Source of the DNA: Chloroflexota bacterium
Lineage (GTDB): Bacteria; Chloroflexota; Limnocylindria; Limnocylindrales; CSP1-4
Length of the DNA stretch: 64,000 nt
Assembly (NCBI GenBank): GCA_021786385.1
Contig: JAJYNJ010000077.1
Coordinates: 12,329-76,328 of the forward strand
Direction of reading: 5' to 3'
Below, in pieces: positions 20,556 through 29,411 of this stretch (position 1 is its first letter; each line of letters starts with the position of its first letter). Position numbers and translations under genes: made by a program. The notes below the pieces were generated by a model. The model had not been told where the DNA came from, made no database searches, and saw only the letters and a list, made by a program, of their open reading frames with translations.

Positions 20556-20966
20556 CGAAGTGCAGTCTCCTCCTCAACGCTCCTGCGCTTCCTGGACATG
20601 GGCCGTCGACGGGGGCTGGGCTACCGCGCGGCAGGAGGGTCGTCAGAGGCGCGAAGTTGCGGGAACGGGAGACCCGCCGGTCACCCCTCACGGCCGGCGG
20701 GTATCGGGTGCTGCGCGCTGCACGCTATGAACGACCGACCCACCAGGCATCGCTGCCGTTCGCCGATGGGTTAGCGTATGATAGGCACTGGCGTCTCAAA
20801 TGCAAAGAGACGGTGTCGAGCGCCCCGGGCGCGTGCGGCCGGCCGACAGGTTTGACCCCACCCGGTGCGGCGCGTTCGAGCAAGGCCACCGCCTCGGCCG
20901 CGATCGGTGGCTTCGGCCGTCGGCACAAGGCGCCCGGCGACTCCACCTGAGGTATCGCTCGCCATC

Positions 20967-21428
20967 GTGCAGTACCAGGTCCGCAGAGCGAGGATCACGG
21001 ACGTCGAACGCATCGTCGCGATGCTCGACGCCGTCACCGGTCGGCCAGACGTCGACCGCGTCCGGCTCGACTCCGGCGATCTGCTCCGGCAGCTCGTCGA
21101 CCTCCCGCACGCCGTCGTGCTGGTCGCGGAATCCGGTCGCCGGCTGGCCGGCGCGGCCGTCCTGGCACTGCGCCCCAGCGTGTCGCTCGGCGGCTTCGTG
21201 GGTACCGTCGACGTCCTGATCGTCGATCCGGCATCGTCTCCGGTCGCCGTCCGCGGAGCGCTCCTCGAGGAGCTCCTCCGTTCCGGGCGGAACAAGGGCT
21301 GCGTGGCGGTGGAGGCGGTGCCCGCAGACGACCCGGCGGAGCGGGAGCGCTGGGCCGCAGACGGCTTCGTGGAAGCCGGACCCCGCATGGTCCGGAGTCT
21401 CGCGCCCGTCGGCGCGGTTCTGGGCTGA
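20967..21428 (+). CDS. GNAT family acetyltransferase-like protein
   Basis: VRRARITD start, VLIVDP, and a C-terminal WAADGF; the acetyl-CoA motif is degenerate. Confidence 0.65.
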   Translation: MQYQVRRARITDVERIVAMLDAVTGRPDVDRVRLDSGDLLRQLVDLPHAVVLVAESGRRLAGAAVLALRPSVSLGGFVGTVDVLIVDPASSPVAVRGALLEELLRSGRNKGCVAVEAVPADDPAERERWAADGFVEAGPRMVRSLAPVGAVLG

Positions 21429-21501
21429 TCCATCCACCAACGCCCGCGGGCGTCGGCACCCGGCCCGCGCCAGCGGGACCGGAACTGAACAGGAGACTTG
21501 C

Positions 21502-23724
21502 GTGAGCAAGAACGTCGCCGTCTTCGTCGACGTCGCGAACATCTTCTACGCCGCCAAGGCGGCAGGCGTGGACATCGACTACGTGACGCTGTTGAAGGCG
21601 GCCAGCGCAGGACGGGACCTCGTCCGCGCGTATGCCTACACGGGGCTTGACCCCGAGAACGAGAACCAACGCCAGTTCCATGCCTTCCTCGCGCGCAACG
21701 GCTACCGCGTGGTCAGCAAGGACATCCGGAAGTACGGCGACGGCAAAGTGAAGGCGAACCTGGACATCGAGCTCGTCGTCGACCTGATGCGCACCTCGCG
21801 CAACCTGGACATCGCGGTCGTCGTGTCGGGCGACGGCGACTTCGCGCCGGCCATCCGCGCCGTGCAGCAGACCGGTGTCCGGGTCGAGGTCATCAGCTTC
21901 CGCGGCAACACCAGCTCCGACCTGATCGACGTCGCGGACGTCTTCACCGACATCACCCAGATCGCGCGGGTCGAGCGCTCGTCGCGCAGCGGCCGTCGGG
22001 TCGCGGCGGAGGAGGGAGACCTCTCGATGACCGAGGTCCCGGAGAAGGAGACCGAGGGTGCCTCGCGGCGGCGGTGGGGTCGGCGCGGCGAGGGCCGCGA
22101 GGAGGCCCGCCGCGACGAACGGCGCACGGAGCGGCGCGAGCGGCAGCCCGTGGTTGCGGCGGCCGTGATGGCCACGACACCGAGCGGGATGCCGCTCGTC
22201 GTCCTCCCCGGCGAGAAGCTGAGCAAGGTGGCGGCGGTTGCGCCACCACCGTCCGGCGAGGAGGTCCTCGCTGCGGAGGAGACCGAGGAGACCGAGGAGC
22301 TCGTGGAGGTCGGGAGCGTCCAATCTGCAGCGCCCGAGAGCCAGGGCCAGGAGATAGGGCGCCGCCGCCGGCGCCGCCGGGGTGGTCGCGGTCGCGGGCG
22401 TGGGCGCGGTCAGGAGGCGGTCGGCGAGGCGGCCAACTTCGCCGAACCGGGGCTTCCCGGCGAGGAAGGTGAGGGCGAGGAAGAGCTCGAGCCCGAGGCG
22501 CCGCGCATCCCGCCGCACTCGGCGTTTGGCTCCGTGTGGGACAGCCAGCTTGGCATGCCGACGGCGCCCGTCGCCGGCACCGCGGACCTCGACGAGGAGG
22601 AGCTGGAGGAGCCTGAGATCCCGGAGTACCTGCTGACGGAGCGGCGCCAGCGGGGTCGGGCCACCCGCGCGCCCCGCGGTACGCGCGGTGGACGCGGGTC
22701 TGCCTACCAGCAGGCCGTGGAGCGCGAGCGCTACGGGCGCGGGGCGCCCGGCAGCGTCTCGAGCAGCGGGCGCGCGCCCCGTGCCGAACGTAGCCCCGAG
22801 CGGGGCGCCCGCCCGCAGTTCGAGCGGCAGGAGCGCGCGCGGCCGCCCCGCGAGCCACAGCCCGAGCCGCGCCAGCAGAGCGGCGCTGAGCCCTGGAGCG
22901 AGGTGCCGCCCGATGTGGCGGAGCTGCTGCGGGCCGAGCTGGCTCGACGTGGCGGAGCGGCGCAGGAGGAGGCCGAGCGAGGCCAGGCACCGGCCGAGGG
23001 CCGTGCGCCTGAGGGGGGCACGCAGCCACCCACCGCAGTCCGCTCGCCGGGGGGCACGCGTGGCCGCGGTGGGCGCGGTCGGACACGCTCCGATGGGTCA
23101 TCGGAAGCGCCGGCCGCGGCCCGCGCGGAGGTCGCGTCTGCGACCGAGCCGGGAGGCGAGCCGTCCGGGGCCGGACGGGGTGAGTCGGGCGTCGTCGCGG
23201 CTGCGCCACCGGCCGCGGCAACGGCCTCGCGCGGCCGGCGCCGAGCCAGTCGGGTCGCCACCGGCGAGACGCTCCAGGTGGCGGGCGCCGAAGCGGCGGC
23301 GACGGCAGGCGAGCTCGTGGTGGCGGAGGGCGCGGAGACGAAGCCCGTCACGGCCCGGCGTCGCGGCCGCACCGTCGCGCCGTCCGCGGCGGTGACCGGC
23401 ATGAGTGGTGCCACCGGCGGGAGCGCCGGCACGCGGCCTGAGGCCGGGAGCGCTGGCACGCAGCCGGGGGCAGCCGGGCGGCCGCGTGGCCGACGAACCG
23501 GGAGCTCGTCCGCGGAGTCGGCCGGCGCGGAGACCGTCGGGACGGGCACTGCGGCACCAACCGGCGGAGAACCGCCGACGCGCCGCCGCCGGACGCCCCA
23601 GGCGACCGCCGGCCAGGGCTCCGAGGGCCCGGCCGAGGCCGCTCAGCGTTCGGCCGAGGGCGATGAGCCGGCGTCCCCGGCGCGCCGTCGGACCCGCCGC
23701 ATGACGCCCGCCTCCGAGAGCTGA
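21502..23724 (+). CDS. NYN (LabA-like PIN) domain protein with long low-complexity tail
   Basis: VFVDVANI, KANLDIEL, VSGDGDF, GVRVEV; the rest is R/G/E/A/P-rich. Confidence 0.88.
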   Translation: MSKNVAVFVDVANIFYAAKAAGVDIDYVTLLKAASAGRDLVRAYAYTGLDPENENQRQFHAFLARNGYRVVSKDIRKYGDGKVKANLDIELVVDLMRTSRNLDIAVVVSGDGDFAPAIRAVQQTGVRVEVISFRGNTSSDLIDVADVFTDITQIARVERSSRSGRRVAAEEGDLSMTEVPEKETEGASRRRWGRRGEGREEARRDERRTERRERQPVVAAAVMATTPSGMPLVVLPGEKLSKVAAVAPPPSGEEVLAAEETEETEELVEVGSVQSAAPESQGQEIGRRRRRRRGGRGRGRGRGQEAVGEAANFAEPGLPGEEGEGEEELEPEAPRIPPHSAFGSVWDSQLGMPTAPVAGTADLDEEELEEPEIPEYLLTERRQRGRATRAPRGTRGGRGSAYQQAVERERYGRGAPGSVSSSGRAPRAERSPERGARPQFERQERARPPREPQPEPRQQSGAEPWSEVPPDVAELLRAELARRGGAAQEEAERGQAPAEGRAPEGGTQPPTAVRSPGGTRGRGGRGRTRSDGSSEAPAAARAEVASATEPGGEPSGAGRGESGVVAAAPPAAATASRGRRRASRVATGETLQVAGAEAAATAGELVVAEGAETKPVTARRRGRTVAPSAAVTGMSGATGGSAGTRPEAGSAGTQPGAAGRPRGRRTGSSSAESAGAETVGTGTAAPTGGEPPTRRRRTPQATAGQGSEGPAEAAQRSAEGDEPASPARRRTRRMTPASES

Positions 23725-23747
23725 TCCGTCGAGGGCTGATCCGGTCG

Positions 23748-24968
23748 ATGGCCGTCTGGCGCACCCGCGGGCAGCCGACGGGGCTGGCGGCGATCGCGCG
23801 GGCCGTGACGACGGGCGACGTCCCCGCCGCGCTGCTGCTGGCCGGGCCACCGGGGAGTGGCAAGACGACGCTCGCGCTGGACCTGGCCGCGGGGCTCCTC
23901 TGCTCCGCCGCCGATCCGGCCGAGCGGCCGTGTCGCGCGTGCGCGGCGTGCCGACGCGTCGACCACGGCAACCACCCCGACCTGCACCGGCTCGCCCCTG
24001 GTGGGGCGGGGCGCCAGATCCGCATCGGCGAACGGCTTGCGCCAGAGCCCGGAACCGTCCGGGCCCTGTTGCGCGATCTGGCCCTGGCGCCGATGGAGGG
24101 CGCCTGGCGGGTGGCCGTCATCGAGGCGGCCGAACGCATGAACGACGATGCGCAGAACGCCCTCCTCAAGCTGCTCGAGGAGCCGCCGGCGCGGACTGTC
24201 CTCGTGCTGTGTGCCGTCGACGAGGGGGCGCTGCTCCCCACGGTCCGCTCGCGCTGCATGCGGCTTCGGCTCGCGCGGGTCTCGCCCACCGAGATCGCGG
24301 CGCTGCTTCGGGAGGAAGGGTTGGCGGACGCGGCCCGCGCCGTTCGGCTGGCGCAGCTGGCGGACGGCCGGCCCGGACGTGCCCGCGCGCTGGCCGCGGC
24401 CCCGGAGGCCCTGGTGCTTCACGATCGGCTGTTGCGTGAGCTGCTCGACCTGGTGCGACGGGGGGTCGCGGAACGGCTGGCGGCCGCCGCGGGGCTGCTC
24501 GGCGCCGCCGACCAGCTCGAGACGATGCTCGGCGACGGTGCGGATGCCGGCGTCGACGCAGGACCGGCGGGTGGCGCCCCGGCGAACGGGTCGAACGAGC
24601 GCGCCGTGCCCGGCGGAACCGTCCCGATCACCGCAGCCGGCGAGGATTCCATCGACGCAGCCGAGGGGCCGCGGCGGGATCGCCAATCCCCCGGTGCGCG
24701 GCGCCGGTCGCTCCTGGCGCTCGGTGCGCTCTGGCAGGGATTGGCGCGCGACCTCGCGCTCGCCGGTCGGGGCGGCCGCGCGGAACTCCGGCACGCCGAC
24801 CTGCTCGAAGAGCTGGTGGCGACCGGGGCGGCCCTGCCGGACGGCGCGGTCGAAGCCTTCATGCTGCGGCTCGACGGGGTGCTGGGCGCGGTGGAGCAGA
24901 ACGCGAACCCGGAGTTGGCCCTCGATGTGCTCCTGCTCGCCTGGCCGCGCATGGCGGACGCGGCCTGA
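23748..24968 (+). CDS. holB: DNA polymerase III delta' subunit
   Basis: GPPGSGK, CRACAAC, HPDL, AQNALLKLLEEPP, LPTVRSRC. Confidence 0.92.
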   Translation: MAVWRTRGQPTGLAAIARAVTTGDVPAALLLAGPPGSGKTTLALDLAAGLLCSAADPAERPCRACAACRRVDHGNHPDLHRLAPGGAGRQIRIGERLAPEPGTVRALLRDLALAPMEGAWRVAVIEAAERMNDDAQNALLKLLEEPPARTVLVLCAVDEGALLPTVRSRCMRLRLARVSPTEIAALLREEGLADAARAVRLAQLADGRPGRARALAAAPEALVLHDRLLRELLDLVRRGVAERLAAAAGLLGAADQLETMLGDGADAGVDAGPAGGAPANGSNERAVPGGTVPITAAGEDSIDAAEGPRRDRQSPGARRRSLLALGALWQGLARDLALAGRGGRAELRHADLLEELVATGAALPDGAVEAFMLRLDGVLGAVEQNANPELALDVLLLAWPRMADAA

Positions 24969-24972
24969 GCGG

Positions 24973-25269
24973 ATGGCGGCCCGGGCGATCGAGGCGACGG
25001 TGCGAGGCGTCGTGCAGGGCGTCGGCTTCCGCTGGTTCGTCGCGCGCGAGGCCCAGGTTGCCGGTGTCACGGGTTGGGTAGCCAACCAGCCGGACGGCTC
25101 GGTCGCCGTGGTGGCCGAGGGCGATCCGGACGACATCGCGCTGCTGCTGGAGCGGCTGCGCGAGGGTCCACCCGGCGCGTCGGTCTCGTCGGTTGTGGTG
25201 CGTGAGCGCGTGCCGACGGGCGCCTTCGTCGGGTTCCAGATCCGCGCGGGTGCGCACCCGGGAGACTGA
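24973..25269 (+). CDS. acyP: Acylphosphatase
   Basis: GVVQGVGFR, GWVAN..DGSV, EGPP. Confidence 0.93.
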   Translation: MAARAIEATVRGVVQGVGFRWFVAREAQVAGVTGWVANQPDGSVAVVAEGDPDDIALLLERLREGPPGASVSSVVVRERVPTGAFVGFQIRAGAHPGD

Positions 25270-25287
25270 ACGACGTGGCCGCACGGG

Positions 25288-25351
25288 CGGTGGCGCCAGG
25301 ACGCCCGGTGGCGCCAGGACGCCCGGTGGCGCCAAGACGCCCGGTGGCGCC
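25288..25351. repeat. 18-bp intergenic tandem repeat (~3.5 copies)
   Basis: cggtggcgccaggacgcc units. Confidence 0.9.
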
Positions 25352-25452
25352 GGCACGCGCGCCGCACGGCGTGGGCGAGTACCCGCGGACGGCGGGCTTG
25401 GCGGCAGCCGCGTACAGTTCGGTGGTCACTTCGTGCTGCAGCAGGTGAACCG

Positions 25453-26001
25453 ATGGAGCCTCTGATCCGCAGCTGGTGGCTGCTCGCGCTGCGCGGCGTG
25501 CTGGCGGTCGTCTTCGGCGTCGCCGCACTGATCTGGCCGGGCCTGACGCTGCTGGTCCTCGTCACGCTCTTCGGCGCCTATGCGATCGTCGACGGCGTGG
25601 TGGCGATCCTCTCGGTCGTTCGGCACCGGGAACGCGGCCGCTGGTGGGCCGTGCTGCTCGAAGGGGTCTTCGGGATCCTGGCTGGCCTGGTGGCATTCCT
25701 CCTGCCTGGGATCACCGCGGTGGCGCTGGTCTTCGTCATCGGCGTGTGGGCGATGCTGACCGGGCTGATGGAGATCAGCGCCGCGCTGCGTTTGCGCCGG
25801 ATGATCGAAAACGAGTGGATGCTCGGGCTTGCTGGGATCCTCTCCCTCGTCTTCGGGGCGGCGCTCGTCGTCTTTCCGGGGGCCGGCGCGCTCGCGTTGG
25901 TGACACTGATCGCCGCGTATGCGATCGTGTTCGGCGTCGCCATGCTCTTCCTGGGACTGCGCCTGCGCAACGCCCGGACCAGTGGCTTCGGGTTGATCTG
26001 A
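25453..26001 (+). CDS. HdeD/DUF308 family membrane protein
   Basis: WWLLALRG..WPG..LFGAYAIVDG; repeated 6-TM pattern. Confidence 0.9.
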   Translation: MEPLIRSWWLLALRGVLAVVFGVAALIWPGLTLLVLVTLFGAYAIVDGVVAILSVVRHRERGRWWAVLLEGVFGILAGLVAFLLPGITAVALVFVIGVWAMLTGLMEISAALRLRRMIENEWMLGLAGILSLVFGAALVVFPGAGALALVTLIAAYAIVFGVAMLFLGLRLRNARTSGFGLI

Positions 26002-26079
26002 ACGCGGCCGCTCGGGCATGTCTGTGCCCGCGCCGCCTGGGCCCGGCGACGTCCGGAGCGGCGGCCGCGATGCTGGATC

Positions 26080-26595
26080 TCAACGAGGGTGGCGGTAGCG
26101 CCAGGCCCGTCGCCGGCGACCGACGATCGGACCGCCGAACGGCACGATGCTGATCGAGCCGTCCTCCTCCAGAATCGCGAGCCGCACCTGCTCCACCCGT
26201 TCCAGGCCGTGCTCGCGGAGCGCCGCCTCGAGATCGGCCTGGTCGAGCTCCTCGCGCTCCACCGCGGCCGGGATCCAGGCGCCGTCGCGCGCGAGGACGG
26301 TCGGCGCGGGTTCGAGGATCCGGCGCGCCAGGGGCACGTGCTCCCGCAGCTGCGCGACGGCTAGGTTGAGCAGGAAGATCGTCGCCACGATGATGATCCC
26401 GCCGGTGAGCGAGTTGTCCGGCCCGGTGATCGCCGGTTGGAGCGCGTTGGCGGCGAGGAGGATCAGGGCGAGGTCGAAGAGGGTGAATTGCCCCACCTCG
26501 CGCTTGCCGAAGACGCGCAGGGCCAGAATGAAGAGCACGTAGACGACCACCGTCCGCACGACGAGCTCGAGCGGCGGCGTTCCGAGTTGCCACAT
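26080..26595 (-). CDS. DUF421/YetF family membrane protein
   Basis: GKREVGQFTLFD, LREHG, ILEEDGSISI. Confidence 0.9.
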   Translation of the reverse strand: MWQLGTPPLELVVRTVVVYVLFILALRVFGKREVGQFTLFDLALILLAANALQPAITGPDNSLTGGIIIVATIFLLNLAVAQLREHVPLARRILEPAPTVLARDGAWIPAAVEREELDQADLEAALREHGLERVEQVRLAILEEDGSISIVPFGGPIVGRRRRAWRYRHPR

Positions 26596-26729
26596 GGTGC
26601 ACCGATCGTACATGGCGCCCGGCGGCGGTTCGTCGGCGGGGCGGTGGGCGGGTGGCGTGGGCGGATCAGTCGAGGGGGTCCGTCAGCCGAGGGCAATGGC
26701 CGCCGACGGACGAGGGGAAACCGGGAAGC

Positions 26730-26805
26730 TGGCGCGCCCGGCGGGACTCGAACCCACGGCCTTCTGCTCCGGAGGCAGACGCTCTATCCGCTGAGCTACG
26801 GGCGC
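26730..26805 (-). tRNA. tRNA-Arg(CCG)
   Basis: GCGCCCG acceptor stem, TCTGC-CTCCGGA-GCAGA anticodon arm, GTTCGAG T-loop, encoded CCA. Confidence 0.97.
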
Positions 26806-26934
26806 GCGAGCGCCAAGTCTACCAGCGTTCATGCCACGGACCGCCTCGATAGCGGGCCGCCTCAGGGAGCGGCTTCGGCGGCAGCGCTGCGGCGGGCCGA
26901 TCAGGCACGGAGCCGCACCATGCCGGCAGGTATG

Positions 26935-27113
26935 CGGAAGGCCCCTCCGGAGAGGGGCCTTCCGACACTGTCCCGGTGAAGTCCCCGATCATCTTGCGAT
27001 GACACGGAGCTTCTGCCACGCCGCAAGGGCATCTATCACGCCGGCTGCACCGGCTACCCTAACCCAACCTACCCATGACCCTGCTGCTGGGGCAGTCGCT
27101 GACGAGCAGCGAT
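26935..27113 (-). ncRNA. Candidate stand-alone structured small RNA (~180 nt)
   Basis: TTGAGC-17-TACACT promoter, several hairpins including a GCAA tetraloop, a 13-bp 3' stem-loop, and no credible ORF. Confidence 0.6.
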
Positions 27114-27117
27114 GCAA

Positions 27118-27146
27118 AGTGTACGCGACGACCCCCGGCGGCTCAA
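27118..27146 (-). promoter_or_regulatory. sigma70-type promoter
   Basis: TTGAGC (27146-27141), 17-nt spacer, TACACT (27123-27118). Confidence 0.7.
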
Positions 27147-27220
27147 TAGATTCACCTACCGGACGGGTTAATATTCCGTAACCTTGCGACTGATTGGCGC
27201 TTGGCGTGGTACCGCCCAGC

Positions 27221-27691
27221 TCAGCCAGCCGGCTCGTCGACGGTCACCTTCGTCATGCGCACCTCATCGATCGGTCGATCGCCCGGGCCCGTCCGCACCG
27301 CGCCGATGCGGTCCACCACCGCGGTCCCCTCGGTGACCCGACCGAAGATCGTGTAGTGCTTCGGGAGCCGACCCCGCAGGTCACTCAGGCAGACGAACCA
27401 CTGGCTGCCGTTCGTGTTCGGGCCGGCGTTGGCCATGGCGACCGTGTACGGCGCGTAGTCGAGGTGGGGACCCGGTAGCTCGTCCGCGAAGGTGTAGCCC
27501 GGACCGCCTCGCCCCGTGCCGGTCGGGTCGCCGCCCTGGATCACGAAGCCCGGCACGACGCGGTGGAACAGGACGCCGTCGTAGTAGCCCTGGCGGGCGA
27601 GTTTCTCGAAGTTGGCGACGGTATTGGGCGCCGCGTCACGCTCGAACTCGATCCGAAACGTGCCCAGCGTGGTGTCGACGGTTGCGCTCAA
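27221..27691 (-). CDS. Cyclophilin-type peptidylprolyl isomerase (cytoplasmic)
   Basis: FHRVVPGFVIQGGDPTGTG, AMANAGPNTNGSQWF. Confidence 0.95.
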   Translation of the reverse strand: MSATVDTTLGTFRIEFERDAAPNTVANFEKLARQGYYDGVLFHRVVPGFVIQGGDPTGTGRGGPGYTFADELPGPHLDYAPYTVAMANAGPNTNGSQWFVCLSDLRGRLPKHYTIFGRVTEGTAVVDRIGAVRTGPGDRPIDEVRMTKVTVDEPAG

Positions 27692-27808
27692 CGGTCCTTC
27701 CCCGTGCGGTCTCCGTCCAACCGTAGCACAGCACGCTCGACGCGGTCGCCCAGCTTCGACGTAGCCGGCCGAGCAGGCAGCCGGCCGAGCCCCCTGCCTG
27801 CCAGCTCT

Positions 27809-28561
27809 TCAGCCGCCCGAGCCGCGCGGTGCCGGCGATCCCCCGGAGCCGCCAACGGTGCCCGGACCGCTCAGCGTCGCGGTGGCGATGCGCACCGGCT
27901 GGAGCGCCTGATCGTTGTTGGCCCCTCCGCGTGGACCGGCGGCGATCTCCTCAGCGACGGCAAGACCGCTGGTGACCGTGCCGAAGATGGTGTACTTGTG
28001 CGGGAGCGAAGCGGCGTCCGGGCCCACCACGATGAAGAACTGGGATCCGTTCGTGTTCGGGCCGGCATTCGCCATCGCCACCGTGCCGGGCGTGTACGCA
28101 CCGGCGAAGGGTTCGTCGGGGAACGAGTAGCCCGGCCCACCGGTGCCCGTCCCTGTCGGATCACCGCCCTGGATGACGAAGTCCGGGATGATGCGGTGGA
28201 AGACGGTCCCGTTGTAGAAGCCGGCCCGCACCAGGTTCTCGAAGTTCTGCGCCGCCACCGGCGCGCTGTTCGTGAAGAGCGCGATCACGATGTCGCCGTC
28301 CCCGGTGTGCAGTGTCACGGTCGTGCCGTCGCCGCTCGGCTGGGCCGGTGCCGACGGGAGCGGTGTCGCCGTCGGGGGTTTGGGCTGGATGGGGAGCCGG
28401 CGGGCGACGGAGGCCACCGCCGAGGCGCCGGCAGTCGGCGCAGCTGACACGGTCGGCCCCGACCCGCCGGGTGCGCTGGCAGGGGTGGCCGAACATGCGG
28501 CGAGGACGAGGACTGCGCTGACGAGCAGCACGCGTGGCAGACGGGAAGCGTTCAGGCGCAT
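27809..28561 (-). CDS. Cyclophilin-type PPIase lipoprotein
   Basis: Lipobox LAAC; FHRIIPDFVIQGGDP; NGSQFF. Confidence 0.93.
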   Translation of the reverse strand: MRLNASRLPRVLLVSAVLVLAACSATPASAPGGSGPTVSAAPTAGASAVASVARRLPIQPKPPTATPLPSAPAQPSGDGTTVTLHTGDGDIVIALFTNSAPVAAQNFENLVRAGFYNGTVFHRIIPDFVIQGGDPTGTGTGGPGYSFPDEPFAGAYTPGTVAMANAGPNTNGSQFFIVVGPDAASLPHKYTIFGTVTSGLAVAEEIAAGPRGGANNDQALQPVRIATATLSGPGTVGGSGGSPAPRGSGG

Positions 28562-28601
28562 CGGTTCTCCGATGGTGAGCGGGGATCGTGTGGACGCCGC
28601 C

Positions 28602-28672
28602 GCGCGGCCTGCGGCTCCGGCGCGGCCTGCGGCTCCGGCGCGGCCTGCGGCTCCGGCGCGGCCTGCGGCTCC
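28602..28672. repeat. 18-bp intergenic tandem repeat (4 copies)
   Basis: gcgcggcctgcggctccg units. Confidence 0.9.
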
Positions 28673-28694
28673 AGGCATGCGCGGGAGTACCGGT

Positions 28695-29411
28695 TCATGG
28701 GCGCGCCCCTGCGGCCACCTCGGCAGCCGCCCCGTACTCGAGGCGTCCCGTGAGCAGTGTCTCACCGAGGATGACGGCCGACACGCCGGCGTCCCGAAGC
28801 CGCCGCAGCCCGTCCAGTGTGGCCACTCCGCCGGCGACCAGGAACTCCGCGTCGGTGGCTGCGACCAGGCCGCCCAGCAGGCCGAGGTCCGGCTCCGCGC
28901 CTCCGTGTGAGAGTACGAAGCGCTGAACGCCCGCCGCGACAAGCTCGCCGACGAGCGCCTGTAGTGTCGGCACGCGGCCCGCCCGCCAGCGATGGGCCCG
29001 CAGGCGCTCCGGCCGTGGATCCAGCCCGACCGCCAGCCAGCTCCCGGCCACCTCCAGGCAGGCACGCAGCGCGGCGGGATCCTCGGCCGCGGCGAGCAGC
29101 GGCATCACCACGCGTGTCGCGCCGGCGGCGAAGAGGAGCCGGATCTGATCTGCGCCGTCGGCGCCGCCAGCCACCTGGAGGGGCACCGCGACCTCGGCGG
29201 CGACGCGGCTGACGACGTCGAGTGCGACGGGACGGCCGGCCTTGGCCCCCTCGAGGTCGACCAGGTGGATCGTCGGCGCCCCCAGCGCGACGAAGTGCCG
29301 CGCGATGCGCTCGGGGCGGTCGGTCGGCGTGCCGGTCCCCGTGGACGCACCCGGCCAGAAGACGAGCCGGGACCGGCCACCCGTGACATCGATGCTGGGA
29401 ACGACCTGCAT
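28695..29411 (-). CDS. HisA/HisF-like TIM-barrel protein (divergent)
   Basis: VPSID, HLVDLEGA, QVAGG, AGGVATLD, GVSAVILG. Confidence 0.8.
   Translation of the reverse strand: MQVVPSIDVTGGRSRLVFWPGASTGTGTPTDRPERIARHFVALGAPTIHLVDLEGAKAGRPVALDVVSRVAAEVAVPLQVAGGADGADQIRLLFAAGATRVVMPLLAAAEDPAALRACLEVAGSWLAVGLDPRPERLRAHRWRAGRVPTLQALVGELVAAGVQRFVLSHGGAEPDLGLLGGLVAATDAEFLVAGGVATLDGLRRLRDAGVSAVILGETLLTGRLEYGAAAEVAAGARP

Noticed and set aside
20778-20812. CGTCTC-N9-GAGACG inverted repeat over the putative liv promoter
   Set aside because: Short arms and no regulator nearby; too weak to call.
25288-25351. Tandem repeats as a possible CRISPR array (also 28602, 39275, 58341)
   Set aside because: Units are contiguous with no unique spacers, are too short, and no cas genes are present.
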